In this document: piece after piece, positions 16,461 to 27,039 of the stretch
Layout of the letters: the number at the start of each line of letters is the position of its first letter
How positions within the stretch are numbered: position 1 is the first letter of the stretch
Assembly: GCA_965226585.1 (NCBI GenBank)
Contig: OZ245366.1
Span: 832,001 to 896,000, forward strand
Reading direction: 5' to 3'
Length of the DNA: 64,000 nt
Source of the DNA: Thermodesulfobacteriota bacterium
GTDB lineage: Bacteria; Desulfobacterota_D; UBA1144; Nemesobacterales; Mycalebacteriaceae
Made by a program: the position numbers and the translations under genes
Notes under the pieces: model-generated
Told to the model about the DNA's origin: nothing
Databases searched by the model: none
Seen by the model: only the letters and a program-made list of their open reading frames with translations

Positions 16461-19400
16461 TTAACTCTTTCGGGGCTTGCGTCTTTCGTTGCCGAGGAAG
16501 TCGTACCAGTCAATCCAGCCTTTGTTTTTGTATGTTTTGTTGGGGTTGGTAGGAATGTCCTTTGGGAAATTTTGTGATTTCACGTATTCGTGCCATTCTT
16601 TGTGACCTTTCAGATTCAGAGATCTTGCATATACTCGGGCTCCTTTGAAAGAACGGTATTCCCTGAGAGTTGTAGCAACATTCCCGGTTCCGAGCCAGTT
16701 GCCCCAATTAGCCCACCCCTGACTTCTGTATATTTGGTCCGGAGCAACAGGAATATCTTTTGGGAAATTGTTTGATTTTGTGTGTTTATTCCATTCTGTG
16801 GAACTTTTCAGGTTCAACCCCCGCGCATACTCTCTCGCTTCCTCAAAACTTCTATACTTTCTAAATCGGGTGGCAAGGGTTCCGGTACCAAGCCAGTCGC
16901 CATAGCCAATCCAACCTCTATCTTTATATTTGTTGTTAGGGTTGGTAGGAATGTCATCTGGAAAATCGGGTGACTTTGTGTGTTTATTCCATTCTGTGGA
17001 ACTTTTCAGTTTCAAACCCCGTGCATATTTCCGTGCCTCCCTGAAAGAGCGATATTCTCTGAGGAAAGAGGCAACAGTTCCAGTTCCGAGCCAATCACCC
17101 ATATTAATCCATCCCTTTTTCCTATAAGTCTGGTTAGGGTTGGCAGGAATATCTTTTGGGAAATTATCTGATTTTGTATGCTCTCTCCATTCTTTTTGAT
17201 TTTTCAACTTGAGAGATCGTGCGTATTTCCGTGCTTTTTCAAAAGAGCGGTATTCAATTAGGAAGGTAGCGACAACTCCAGTTCCTAGCCAGTCGCCCCA
17301 ACTATTCCAGCCTTTGTTTTTGTATGTTTTGTTGGGGTTGGTAGGAATGTCCCTCGGAAAATTATACGATTTTGTGTGCTCTTTCCATTCTTTGTAACTT
17401 TTCAGATTCAGAGATCTAGCATATTTGTGCGCTTCTTTGAAAGAATGGTATTTTCTGAGATATGAAGCAATAGTACCAGTTCCAAGCCAGTCGCCATAAC
17501 CAATCCAACCTTTGTCTTGATATTTTTTGTCAGGGGCAATGGGAATATTCTCTGGGAAATCAGATGATTGTGTGTGCTTACGCCATTCTGAATGACTATT
17601 AAGATTTAAGGATTGCGCATATTCCCTTGCTTTTTCGAATGTTTGATATTCTCTAAATCGGTAAGCAACAAATTCAGTTCCAATCCAATCGCCCATGTTA
17701 ATCCATCCTTTTTTCCTATAAGTCTGGTTAGGTTTGGTAGGAATGTCTTCTGGAAAACTGTCTGATTGCGTGTGCTTGCTCCACTCCTCCCAATTTTTCA
17801 GATTCAGAGATCTAGCATATCCCCGTGCTTCTTTGAAAGAGCGGTATTTCTTGAGAAAGGATGCAACAGTACCAGTTCCGAGCCAGTCGCCCCAGTTAGT
17901 CCAATCCTTAAATGTTAGGTGGGGACTAGCAGGAATATCATCTGGAAGTGTTTGTGCTTTCGTGTATTTGTTCCATTCTGTTCTACTTTTCAGATTCAGA
18001 GATCTAGCATATTCCCGTGCTTCTTTGAAAGAACGATACTTTCTGAGAAAGGTAGCAACATTCCCGGTTCCGAGCCAGTTGCCCCAATTAGCCCACCCCT
18101 GACTTCTGTATATTTGGTCCGGAGCAACAGGAATATCTTTTGGGAAATTGTTTGATTTTGTGTGTTTATTCCATTCTGTGGAACTTTTCAGTTTCAACCC
18201 CCGCGCATACTCTCTCGCCTCCTCAAACCCCCTCCAATTCACTTTCGCCGCTTTCCGCCAAATCTCTGTTTCAATGGATTTGGAAAATTCATTAAAACTG
18301 AGATTCACCCCTGCGGGAACATCGCCACTTATGGAAATGAGTTTTCCCTTGTGTTTCCTGCCTTCCGTAACTGCGCGGAAGTAGTCTTTTATCCTCTCAT
18401 CCTGAGTTGACAGAGCCGTTATCTGACTGGCAATTTTCTTAAACGCCGTGCTTTTTGCGAACTCGTCAAAACTCACCCCGTTTGGCACAACAATCGGCAA
18501 AAGTATGTAGCCCTTCTCTTTTCCCGCCGATGGACGCATCGCCCTTCCCGCCGCTTGCACAATATCCACAACACTCTGCTTCGGGTCAGCAAACAAAACA
18601 CAATCAATCGCCGGAACATCAACACCCTCCGTTAAACATCTGGCGTTTGTTATAAGCGAGCGTCTGGACTTCTCAAAATCATGCATAACCTCCGTTCGCT
18701 GTCCGGTGGAGAGTTCACTTGAAATGTGAAAGTTCTCAATTCCCGTTTTAAGAACCCGCGCTTTCAAAAGTTCGTTTTGCTGTAATTCAAAATCCTTTGC
18801 CGACCGTATGCTCCGGTGAAAAGAAACCGCATGTTTTATCCGGTGCTTTTTGAAAACTTTTTCAAGCGCAATCCCCGCCGCAAGAGACGCGGATTCCTGC
18901 GTTTTGAGTTCCCGCGAATGGTCTTTGACAAAACGGTTCTTCTTCACAATGTCCCGTATCTGCGGGTCGCCAATCAAAAGCGTTAAAATCTCGTAGTCGC
19001 AAATAATGCCGTCATCAATGGCTTGTTTGAATGTGAGTTGATAAAAACAGTCGCCGTAGACTCTTTTGTCATCCATTGAGAGAACCTCTTCGTTTTTCCC
19101 GTGTAAAACTCTTTCTGTTGCCGTCATAAAAAGCCGTTTGCTGATTTCCAGTTTTCTGTCGTCAAGCAAGGTCGCAAAAGCGGAACTCTTTTCACCAACC
19201 GTTTTATGCGCTTCATCCAAAATACAAAGGTCAATTTTCCGTCCGCTTTTCTTCGCCGCAACAGCAAGGCGCGGACTGCTCTGATAGGTTGTGAAAATCA
19301 CCTTCGGAGCGGATGTTTTTCTTTTCAGAAAGTCCGCAATCTCTTCTTCTTTCGTTGTTGTGGGAATGCCCGTTTCGTATGTGCTTGAAACAAAACTGTC

Positions 19401-20216
19401 CACCTTGCCAACCGTTTCATCACTGCACACACAAAGCCAGTCAGGGGTTATGCCGCCCGCAACATATTCGCGAGTCCAATCTTTAACGCTCTGCCGTATC
19501 AACATAAGACTCGGAACGGCAAGAATTATCGTTTTTGCCCCAAGCGATTCCGCCGCCCAGAAAGCCGTGAGACTTTTGCCGGACGCGCACGGCATAATCA
19601 TTCTGCCCCGCCGGTTTTTCTCATCAAGGTAATGCGCGCGGATGTTCTTTACCGCCTCTTTCTGGTGTTTTCTCGGTTTGCGCGCTTTTGGTGTGTGTGA
19701 TTTATTCGCGCAGTTCGCCCTGATTGCCGCCCAGTCTTCGGTCTCAAGTTCCAGCCATCGGGAAAGCCCTATCTCCACAACATTTTTGCCAAGCAGTTTC
19801 CTTTTCCGCACAGGTTTTAATGTTGTGTGAGCAACAACACCCAGCGTTATTCCCCTGCAGTGTGTAAAAGACAGGTGCGCAAACTTTGCCAAATCCCTTG
19901 TATTCAGGGCAGTTTCTTTGTCAGACCTGTATTTCGCCTGTATTGCCCAGAACTCTCCGCCGTGCGTCTCGGCTATTAAGTCTATGCCCTCATCATTTGC
20001 GGGCAGATTCAGTTTCTTTGCCACATCTCGCGGAACATCGGCGAGCAGCCACACACTCGACAGTTTTGTCCGGTATTCAGGGTGAACAGTCAGGTATGAC
20101 TGAACCAGTTTTTCAAAAAGGTCGCCCTTTTCTTTCGTGGCGGCGAGTCCGTCCGCATAAGAGACAAATTGCTCCCAGTTGGAACATCTACCGAGGAATT
20201 TTGAGGCGTTTTCCAT
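16461..20216 (-). CDS. Mrr-type nuclease + SF2 helicase/ATPase + nine 66-aa tandem repeats (candidate defence nuclease-translocase)
   Basis: KGDLFE...DEGIDLIA...WAIQAKY (Mrr-like PD-(D/E)xK); helicase motifs CASGKS, TTYQS, LDEAH, MTAT, TEGVDVP, QAAGRAMR; aa 662-1251 are repeats. Confidence 0.88.
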   Translation of the reverse strand: MENASKFLGRCSNWEQFVSYADGLAATKEKGDLFEKLVQSYLTVHPEYRTKLSSVWLLADVPRDVAKKLNLPANDEGIDLIAETHGGEFWAIQAKYRSDKETALNTRDLAKFAHLSFTHCRGITLGVVAHTTLKPVRKRKLLGKNVVEIGLSRWLELETEDWAAIRANCANKSHTPKARKPRKHQKEAVKNIRAHYLDEKNRRGRMIMPCASGKSLTAFWAAESLGAKTIILAVPSLMLIRQSVKDWTREYVAGGITPDWLCVCSDETVGKVDSFVSSTYETGIPTTTKEEEIADFLKRKTSAPKVIFTTYQSSPRLAVAAKKSGRKIDLCILDEAHKTVGEKSSAFATLLDDRKLEISKRLFMTATERVLHGKNEEVLSMDDKRVYGDCFYQLTFKQAIDDGIICDYEILTLLIGDPQIRDIVKKNRFVKDHSRELKTQESASLAAGIALEKVFKKHRIKHAVSFHRSIRSAKDFELQQNELLKARVLKTGIENFHISSELSTGQRTEVMHDFEKSRRSLITNARCLTEGVDVPAIDCVLFADPKQSVVDIVQAAGRAMRPSAGKEKGYILLPIVVPNGVSFDEFAKSTAFKKIASQITALSTQDERIKDYFRAVTEGRKHKGKLISISGDVPAGVNLSFNEFSKSIETEIWRKAAKVNWRGFEEAREYARGLKLKSSTEWNKHTKSNNFPKDIPVAPDQIYRSQGWANWGNWLGTGNVATFLRKYRSFKEAREYARSLNLKSRTEWNKYTKAQTLPDDIPASPHLTFKDWTNWGDWLGTGTVASFLKKYRSFKEARGYARSLNLKNWEEWSKHTQSDSFPEDIPTKPNQTYRKKGWINMGDWIGTEFVAYRFREYQTFEKAREYAQSLNLNSHSEWRKHTQSSDFPENIPIAPDKKYQDKGWIGYGDWLGTGTIASYLRKYHSFKEAHKYARSLNLKSYKEWKEHTKSYNFPRDIPTNPNKTYKNKGWNSWGDWLGTGVVATFLIEYRSFEKARKYARSLKLKNQKEWREHTKSDNFPKDIPANPNQTYRKKGWINMGDWLGTGTVASFLREYRSFREARKYARGLKLKSSTEWNKHTKSPDFPDDIPTNPNNKYKDRGWIGYGDWLGTGTLATRFRKYRSFEEAREYARGLNLKSSTEWNKHTKSNNFPKDIPVAPDQIYRSQGWANWGNWLGTGNVATTLREYRSFKGARVYARSLNLKGHKEWHEYVKSQNFPKDIPTNPNKTYKNKGWIDWYDFLGNERRKPRKS
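16464..18233 (-). repeat. Intragenic tandem array: nine units of 198 bp (unit 2 is 192 bp; the last unit has a divergent end)
   Basis: Consensus RSF.EAR.YARSL.LKS..EW..HTKS..FP.DIP..P...Y...GW...GDWLGTG..A..LR.Y; identical DNA blocks at offsets 1380 and 792 and a near-identical block at offset 594. Confidence 0.97.
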
Positions 20217-20236
20217 TTGCGGAACGGTGGAAATCT

Positions 20237-21022
20237 CTACCCCATCTTTTTCTCATTCGCCTTCAACACCTGCTTTGCGGTGGTGGCGAGTTCGGAGTTC
20301 GGGTCTTTTGAAATTACGGCTTCAAAATCCGCTTTCGCTTTCGCGAATTCTCCCAGTTTCTGAAACTCAGTCGCCCTCGCGAAAAGAGCTTTTGTAAATT
20401 CAGGATTTACCTCAAACGCCTTGCCGAAATCCTCAGCCGCCCTCTTGTTGTTGCCGAGGCTGTCATACACATGCCCCCTGCTGTATAAACTCTCAAAATC
20501 ACGGGGATTTATTTCAACCGCCCTGTCGTAGTCCTTCAGAGCGTTGTCATAGTCTCTCAAAAGGTTGTGATAGGTGGTCGCCCGGTTGTAAAACGCTTCG
20601 CCGTTTTCCGGCTCCATCTCAATCGCCTTGTCATAATCCGCTATGGCAAGTTTGTATTTTCCAAGCCGCCCGTAGGCGGTTCCCCTGCTGACATACGTTC
20701 CGGCAAAATCAGGCATAATCTCTATGACCTTGTTGAAGTCATCTATCGCCGGGCTGTGGTCTCCAAGATCCACAAGCAGCGAACCCCTGTTGTAAAACGC
20801 CTGAGCGTATCCGTCTTTGAGTTCAACGGCTTTTGTGTAACTGGCAATCGCTTCGCGCAGTTTGCCCTTCATGGACAGCGCGACCCCAAGGTTGTATCGC
20901 ACATCCGGATGCTCCGGATTCAGTTCAATCGCCTTTTCATAACTTTCTATCGCCGCATCCCACTTTCCGGAGCCCGCGCTCTCGTTACCTTTTTTGAAAA
21001 AACCGTCAAAATTCTCACTCAT
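20237..21022 (-). CDS. TPR-repeat protein (about seven TPRs)
   Basis: Repeated A.YN.G.....G....A..DY.KAIE..P pattern. Confidence 0.93.
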   Translation of the reverse strand: MSENFDGFFKKGNESAGSGKWDAAIESYEKAIELNPEHPDVRYNLGVALSMKGKLREAIASYTKAVELKDGYAQAFYNRGSLLVDLGDHSPAIDDFNKVIEIMPDFAGTYVSRGTAYGRLGKYKLAIADYDKAIEMEPENGEAFYNRATTYHNLLRDYDNALKDYDRAVEINPRDFESLYSRGHVYDSLGNNKRAAEDFGKAFEVNPEFTKALFARATEFQKLGEFAKAKADFEAVISKDPNSELATTAKQVLKANEKKMG

Positions 21023-21065
21023 TTTTTTACTCCTTTTTTACCGCCCGTTCAAACCGGCAATTTAT

Positions 21066-24000
21066 TTATACAAGATTTGGCGTGAGCCATTTTTTTGCTT
21101 CTTTTAATGATACCTTCTTTCTCCCGGCATAGTCCTTGACCTGATCTTCAAGAATTTTGCCGAGATTGAAATATTTTGCCTGCGGATGCGCAAAATAAAA
21201 TCCCGAAACCGAACTCGCGGGAGACATTGCCAGATTTTCCGTAAGCGACACCCCGGCGCGTTTTTCCGCGTCAAGAAGCTTCCAGATGGTCAGTTTGCCC
21301 GTGTGGTCGGGGCACGAAGGATAACCCGGCGCGGGGCGTATGCCCCTGTATTTTTCGCCGATAAGGTCTTTGCCGGAAAGTTTCTCTTTTTTTCCGTAGC
21401 CCCATATCTCGCGCGCTTTTTTGTGCATCATCTCAGCAAGAGCCTCGGCAACCCTGTCTGCCAGCGACTTCACTATGATTGAAGTGTAATCATCTCCCGC
21501 GCTCCTGAAACTCTCCGCGTATTCCTCCGCGTTTTTTCCCGCCGTTACCGCAAACGCCCCGATGTAATCCCTCCTGCCCGACTCAACCGGCAGTATGAAA
21601 TCCGAGTTGCAGTAGTATGTCGCCTCTTTTTCCCCCCGCGCCACTCTTTTCATCTGCTGCCGGAGAAAATAAGCGGTAGCAATCGCCCGTCCGCCTTTTG
21701 CCCCGGACTTGGGGGAATATATTTTCACATCATCGCCACTGCTGTTGGCTGGCCAAAAACCTATTACCGCAGACGGGTTGAAAACGCGCTTTTTTATCAC
21801 TTCGTCCAGAACCTTTTTCGCGTCATTGTAAAGCTCAGCCGCCTGCTTTCCCCACTCCGGATGCTCAAGTATTGACGGAAAAGAGCCCTTCATTTCCCAC
21901 GTCCAGAAAAACGGCGACCAGTCAATATATTCCGCTACCTCCGCCATATCAGGTTCGGGAAAGGTGATAACGCCGGTTTTTTCAGGCACGGCGGGCGGCG
22001 CGCTCCACTTTGCCTTGAACCTTCCCTCTCTCGCCGCTTCAAGAGATACGTATTCTATTTTTCCCGAGCCGAGCAGGTGCCGCTCCCTCTGTTTTTCCTG
22101 CTCGCTCTCAACCCGTTTCGCGTATTCGGCGGCTTTTGCGGGATTCAGCATATCGTTGCAGATGCCGACCACGAGGGAAGCGTCTTTCACGTGCTCCACA
22201 ACGCCTCTGTAAACCGGGGCGATTTTAACCGCCGTGTGAACCCTGCTTGTGGTCGCGCCGCCAACGAGAACCGGAATTCCCAGTTTTTGCCTCTCCATCT
22301 CCCCCACGTTGTAAATCATCTCGTCAAGAGACGGTGTTATAAGCCCGCTCATCCCTATCACGTCCGCCTTTTCTTTTTTCGCGACTTTCAGAATCTGCTC
22401 GCAGGGAACCATCACCCCAAGGTCTATCACCTCGTAGTTGTTGCATGAGAGAACAACCGAAACTATGTTTTTTCCTATGTCGTGAACATCTCCCTTCACG
22501 GTGGCGATAACGAATTTTCTTCCGCCGGATTTCACGCCCTTTTCTTTTTTCTCCTTTTCCATAAGCGGGGTCAGAAACGAAACCGCTTTTTTCATCACAC
22601 GCGCGCTTTTTACCACCTGAGGGAGAAACATTTTCCCCTCACCGAAAAGATCCCCGACAACTTTCATGCCGTCCATCAAGGGGCCTTCAATCACTTTCAG
22701 GGGTTTTTTGTATTTTTTCAGCGCGTCTGCGGTGTCTTTATCGGCGAAGTCAACAATTCCGTTAAGAATGGAATGTTTTATGCGCTCCTCCACTTTCTTT
22801 TTTCTCCACTCAAGGTTTTTTTCGTTCTTTACTTTTTCCCCGCCCTGAAACTCTTGCGCCACTTCAAGCAGTTCATCCGCCGCGCGCGGGCTTTTGTTCA
22901 GCACCGCGTTTTCAACCTTTTCAAGAAGATTTTTTTCTATGTCCTCATAAACCGCCAGCATTCCGGCGTTCACTATCGCCATGTCCAGCCCGTTTTTCAC
23001 GGCATGGTGAAGAAATACGCTGTGCATCGCCTCGCGCACGTTTCTGTTGCCTCTGAATGAAAATGAAAGGTTGCTTATGCCGCCGCTCACAAGCGCGCCC
23101 GGGCACTGTTTTTTTATCTCTTTTATCGCCTCTATAAACTCAAGGGCGTATCCGTTGTGCTCTTCAATTCCGGTCGCGATGGCAAGCACGTTTGGGTCAA
23201 AAATTATGTCTTCCGGAGCCATTCCGGCTTTTTCAACAAGCAGTTTGTAAGCCCTGCGGCATATTCTCACTTTGTCTTTTTTTGTCGCCGCCTGCCCTTT
23301 TTCGTCAAACGCCATAACAACGGCGGCGGCTCCGTAGCGCGTAATTTTGCACGCCTGCTCAATAAAAACCTTTTCCCCCTCTTTCAAACTTATGGAGTTC
23401 ACAACGCATTTCCCCTGAACGCACTTGAGACCGGCTTCAATAACCCCCCACCTTGAACTGTCTATCATTACCGGAACGCGAGATATTGCCGGCTCCGATG
23501 AAACCAGATTCAAAAAACGCGTCATGCATTTTTCGCCGTCCATCATCGCCTCGTCAAAATTAACGTCTATCAAGCCCGCGCCGTTCTCAACCTGCTGGCG
23601 GGCAACCTGAAGAGCCTGCTCAAAATTGTCTTCCTTTATAAAACGCAGAAAAACGGGCGAGCCCGTAACGTTTGTTCTCTCGCCCACAATCACAAAATTG
23701 TCCGCGCTCCGGTTTTTCGCGCTTCCCGCCGCATCTATGGTTAAAGGCTCAAGCCCGCTCAGACGGGTCGCGGAGGGAATTTCCGGCAGTTTTCTCGGCG
23801 GTATTTTTTTCAGTTTTTTTACAATTTCCGCTATGTGTTCAGGGGTTGTGCCGCAACAGCCGCCCACTATGTTGACCAGTGAAGATTCCGCAAATCCGGC
23901 GAGCAAGGCGGATGTGTCTTCCGGTTTTTCGTTGTACCCGGTTTCGCTCATCGGGTCGGGCAGTCCGGCGTTTGGGTAGCAACTGACAAAGCAGTCCGCC

Positions 24001-24806
24001 ACGCGGGAAAGTTCTTCAATGTGAGGCCTCATTTCCTCCGCGCCCAGAGCGCAGTTTATTCCCACGCTGATTGGCTTTGCGTGTTTTACAGAATTCCAGA
24101 AAGCCGCAACGGTTTGCCCGGACAGGGTTCTGCCCGACAGGTCTGTTACCGTCATGGAGAGCATCACGGGCAGTCTCCGCCCTCTTCTCTCAAACATCTC
24201 CTCCATCGCGTAAATCGCGGCTTTCATATTCAGAGTGTCAAAACTTGTTTCCGCCATCAGAATGTCCGCTCCGCCTTCCGCAAGCCCTTCCGCCTGTTCA
24301 AGATACGCGGCGGCAAGGTCGTCAAAATTCGCCGCGCGATATGACGGGTCTTCAACATTTGGAGACATTGAGGCGGTTTTATTTGTGGGTCCCAGCGCGC
24401 CCGCGACAAAACGCCGCCCGCTTCCGCCGGTTTCCTCCACCGCCTGCCGGGCAATTTCCGCCGCGCGTCTGTTTATTTCAAACACATGGTCTTCAAGCCC
24501 GTAATCCGCCTGCGATATGGAGTTCGCGTTAAAGGTGTTTGTTTCAATAATGTCGCATCCGGCTTTCAGATACTCCTTGTGTATGTTCAGAATGGCTTCG
24601 GGTTGTGAGAGGACAAGGATGTCGTTGTTTCCCTTCAGTATGTCGCCGCCGGTGTTTGTGAAAACCTTTCCCCTGAAGTCCTCCTCCTCAAGTTTCAGGC
24701 GCTGGATCATGGTTCCCATCGCCCCGTCAAGAAACAGGATTCTTTTTTGCAGGAGTTTTTTAAGGGCGGCTTCGGTTTCGCGCCCGGAATATTTTGATTT
24801 TTTCAT
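21066..24806 (-). CDS. metH: Cobalamin-dependent methionine synthase
   Basis: [42 protein letters not shown] and RPAPGYP motifs. Confidence 0.99.
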   Translation of the reverse strand: MKKSKYSGRETEAALKKLLQKRILFLDGAMGTMIQRLKLEEEDFRGKVFTNTGGDILKGNNDILVLSQPEAILNIHKEYLKAGCDIIETNTFNANSISQADYGLEDHVFEINRRAAEIARQAVEETGGSGRRFVAGALGPTNKTASMSPNVEDPSYRAANFDDLAAAYLEQAEGLAEGGADILMAETSFDTLNMKAAIYAMEEMFERRGRRLPVMLSMTVTDLSGRTLSGQTVAAFWNSVKHAKPISVGINCALGAEEMRPHIEELSRVADCFVSCYPNAGLPDPMSETGYNEKPEDTSALLAGFAESSLVNIVGGCCGTTPEHIAEIVKKLKKIPPRKLPEIPSATRLSGLEPLTIDAAGSAKNRSADNFVIVGERTNVTGSPVFLRFIKEDNFEQALQVARQQVENGAGLIDVNFDEAMMDGEKCMTRFLNLVSSEPAISRVPVMIDSSRWGVIEAGLKCVQGKCVVNSISLKEGEKVFIEQACKITRYGAAAVVMAFDEKGQAATKKDKVRICRRAYKLLVEKAGMAPEDIIFDPNVLAIATGIEEHNGYALEFIEAIKEIKKQCPGALVSGGISNLSFSFRGNRNVREAMHSVFLHHAVKNGLDMAIVNAGMLAVYEDIEKNLLEKVENAVLNKSPRAADELLEVAQEFQGGEKVKNEKNLEWRKKKVEERIKHSILNGIVDFADKDTADALKKYKKPLKVIEGPLMDGMKVVGDLFGEGKMFLPQVVKSARVMKKAVSFLTPLMEKEKKEKGVKSGGRKFVIATVKGDVHDIGKNIVSVVLSCNNYEVIDLGVMVPCEQILKVAKKEKADVIGMSGLITPSLDEMIYNVGEMERQKLGIPVLVGGATTSRVHTAVKIAPVYRGVVEHVKDASLVVGICNDMLNPAKAAEYAKRVESEQEKQRERHLLGSGKIEYVSLEAAREGRFKAKWSAPPAVPEKTGVITFPEPDMAEVAEYIDWSPFFWTWEMKGSFPSILEHPEWGKQAAELYNDAKKVLDEVIKKRVFNPSAVIGFWPANSSGDDVKIYSPKSGAKGGRAIATAYFLRQQMKRVARGEKEATYYCNSDFILPVESGRRDYIGAFAVTAGKNAEEYAESFRSAGDDYTSIIVKSLADRVAEALAEMMHKKAREIWGYGKKEKLSGKDLIGEKYRGIRPAPGYPSCPDHTGKLTIWKLLDAEKRAGVSLTENLAMSPASSVSGFYFAHPQAKYFNLGKILEDQVKDYAGRKKVSLKEAKKWLTPNLV

Positions 24807-24828
24807 TGAGTTATTTTCCGCGCGGTTT

Positions 24829-25608
24829 TTACCAGTTGTTTCTCAGTTCCCTGAGCGCCGCGAAAGTCCCGGCGTCTGAGTCCGTTCCGGCAAACGCCTC
24901 CCTTGCCTTCTCCGCCACTTTCGGGTTGTCATATCTCATAAACGGGTTATACAGTTTTTCCTCGTCAATCGTTGATACGGGGTCTTCAACACTTTTCACC
25001 TCTTCCAGTTTTCTTTTCGCGTCCGCATTGTCCGGCTCAAGGCTGAGGGCGAACTTCAGGTTTGTCTCCGCGTAGTTGTGTCCGCAGAATACGCGCGTTT
25101 TTCCGTCCAGATTTCTCAGTCTTTCAACGGATTTGAAAAGGTCTGCGGCGTTTCCCCCGAACTTTGTGTTCCCGCATCCCGAAAGAAAAAGCGTGTCTGC
25201 CACAAATGCGTTGCCGTCAATCAGCAGGGATATGTGGTCGGGGCAGTGCCCCGGAGTGTGCATAACGGAAAACTCCAGTTTCCCGAACGCGATAACACCG
25301 CCCTCGTCCACCGTTTCTTCCGCGCCGGTTTTTTCCGCCCCCAAAGGGTGAGACACAATTTTTGCTCCGGTGGCGCGCGCGGTTTCGGCGTTTCCCGCTA
25401 TGTGGTCAGGGTGGGAATGTGTGTTCACTATCCGCTTGACGGTTATGGAGTTGTCCGAGATGTGGGAAAGAATCTCTCCCGGAGACAGGGGGTCTATCAC
25501 AACGCCTTCGCCCGTTTCCGCGCAGGATACCGCGTAACTGTAGTTTCCGTCGCTTCCGGCAACGGGGAATCTTGCTATGGAAAACTGTCCGCAGTCAAAG
25601 ATGTTCAT
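24829..25608 (-). CDS. gloB: Hydroxyacylglutathione hydrolase (glyoxalase II)-like metallo-beta-lactamase
   Basis: THSHPDH, HTPGH, DTLF..GCG, CGHNY and STI..EK.YNPFMR motifs; start inferred at ATG 25608. Confidence 0.8.
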   Translation of the reverse strand: MNIFDCGQFSIARFPVAGSDGNYSYAVSCAETGEGVVIDPLSPGEILSHISDNSITVKRIVNTHSHPDHIAGNAETARATGAKIVSHPLGAEKTGAEETVDEGGVIAFGKLEFSVMHTPGHCPDHISLLIDGNAFVADTLFLSGCGNTKFGGNAADLFKSVERLRNLDGKTRVFCGHNYAETNLKFALSLEPDNADAKRKLEEVKSVEDPVSTIDEEKLYNPFMRYDNPKVAEKAREAFAGTDSDAGTFAALRELRNNW

Positions 25609-25681
25609 GGCTTGAGAGATAAAATCTACACTATGCCCGAATTCAATCAAAAAACCGCCCTTCCGTGCCGCCGCCGCCGTT

Positions 25682-25710
25682 TTGACAACCCGCGTCCGCG
25701 CTGTCATATT
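25682..25710 (+). promoter_or_regulatory. Sigma70-type promoter for the thrC-like/moaD pair
   Basis: TTGACA-N17-CATATT with an extended TG. Confidence 0.55.
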
Positions 25711-25781
25711 AATACCCCGATTTGCTCCGCAGAGCCCTTGCCGGCTGCGCGGATTTTCGGGTGAAAAGGGGTTTGTGAACT

Positions 25782-27029
25782 ATGTCTTTTGTGGAACAAC
25801 TTTCCTGTAAAGAGTGCGGGCGTTCGTATCCGAAAAAAGCGCTTCATGTTTGCGAGGACTGTTTCGGTCCTCTTGAGGTGAAATACGATTACGCTGCCAT
25901 CAAAAAGGCGGTTTCGCGTGAGAAAATAGCCTCCCGCGCCCCGAATATCTGGAGATACTCTGAACTTCTTCCCGTTGATGAAAAACCGCAAGCCGGGCTT
26001 GATGTTGGTTTCACTCCGCTTTTGAAGGCGGAAAAACTTGGCCGCGCTTTGGGGCACGGCAACCTTTACGTGAAAAACGACGCCGTTTCCTTCCCAACGC
26101 TTTCATTCAAAGACAGGGTGGTTTCGGTCGCGCTTTCAAAGGCGCTTGAGTTCGGATACAAGACCGTATCGTGCGCTTCAACCGGAAACCTTGCCAACGC
26201 GGTCGCCTCAATAGCGGCGGAGCGCGGGCTTGAGGCGATTATCTTTATTCCGCACGACCTTGAGAAATCAAAGGTGATAAACACCGTTGTCTACGGGGCG
26301 AAACTGGTTGGCATAAACGGCACTTATGATGACGTCAACCGTCTTTGCAGTGAGATAGCGGGCAGACGCGACTGGGCTTTTGTGAATGTGAACATGAGGC
26401 CCTATTACTCTGAGGGTTCAAAGAGTCTGGGTTTTGAGATTGCCGAGCAGATGGGGTGGAAGGTTCCGCGCCACATTGTGGTTCCGATGGCAAGCGGCTC
26501 TCTTTTGACGAAAATATGGAAGGCGTTTGGCGAGTTGCGCGAGGTGGGTCTTGTTGATTCTTCGGAGCAGGCTCCGGTTATGCACGGGGCGCAAGCGGCG
26601 GGCTGTTCGCCAATCTCGTCTGCGGTTAAAGACGGAAGGGATTTTTTCAAGCCCGTTATTCCCGACACAATCGCGAAATCGCTTTCAATTGGAAATCCCG
26701 CAGACGGCTACTACGCGATAAAGGTGATAAACGAGAGCGGCGGCGGCAGTGAAGACGCTTCCGATGACGAGATACGCGAGGGGATAGCCCTTCTTGCGGA
26801 GACCGAGGGCATATACACGGAAACTGCGGGAGGTGTTACGGTGGCAAGCGCGAAAAAGTTGATTGCCCGTGGGCTCATCCCTGATGACGGCGAGCCGGCA
26901 GTTCTGTGCATAACGGGCAACGGGCTTAAAACTCAGGACGCGATTGAAAACAGCGTTTCAACCCCTTATCTTATAGAGCCGAACATTGAGGATTTTGAAA
27001 AGATGTTCGCGGAAACCAACAGCAAATAA
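25782..27029 (+). CDS. thrC: Threonine synthase-family PLP enzyme
   Basis: N-terminal CxxC..Cxx[14 protein letters not shown] (PLP Lys), [17 protein letters not shown] and ITGNGLK motifs. Confidence 0.85.
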   Translation: MSFVEQLSCKECGRSYPKKALHVCEDCFGPLEVKYDYAAIKKAVSREKIASRAPNIWRYSELLPVDEKPQAGLDVGFTPLLKAEKLGRALGHGNLYVKNDAVSFPTLSFKDRVVSVALSKALEFGYKTVSCASTGNLANAVASIAAERGLEAIIFIPHDLEKSKVINTVVYGAKLVGINGTYDDVNRLCSEIAGRRDWAFVNVNMRPYYSEGSKSLGFEIAEQMGWKVPRHIVVPMASGSLLTKIWKAFGELREVGLVDSSEQAPVMHGAQAAGCSPISSAVKDGRDFFKPVIPDTIAKSLSIGNPADGYYAIKVINESGGGSEDASDDEIREGIALLAETEGIYTETAGGVTVASAKKLIARGLIPDDGEPAVLCITGNGLKTQDAIENSVSTPYLIEPNIEDFEKMFAETNSK

Positions 27030-27039
27030 GGAGCCACCA

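Noticed and set aside
16464..18233. Array as a CRISPR array or DGR template/variable repeat
   Set aside because: Units are in-frame 198-bp coding repeats with no repeat-spacer structure; differences are not adenine-specific; no cas or reverse transcriptase gene is in the window
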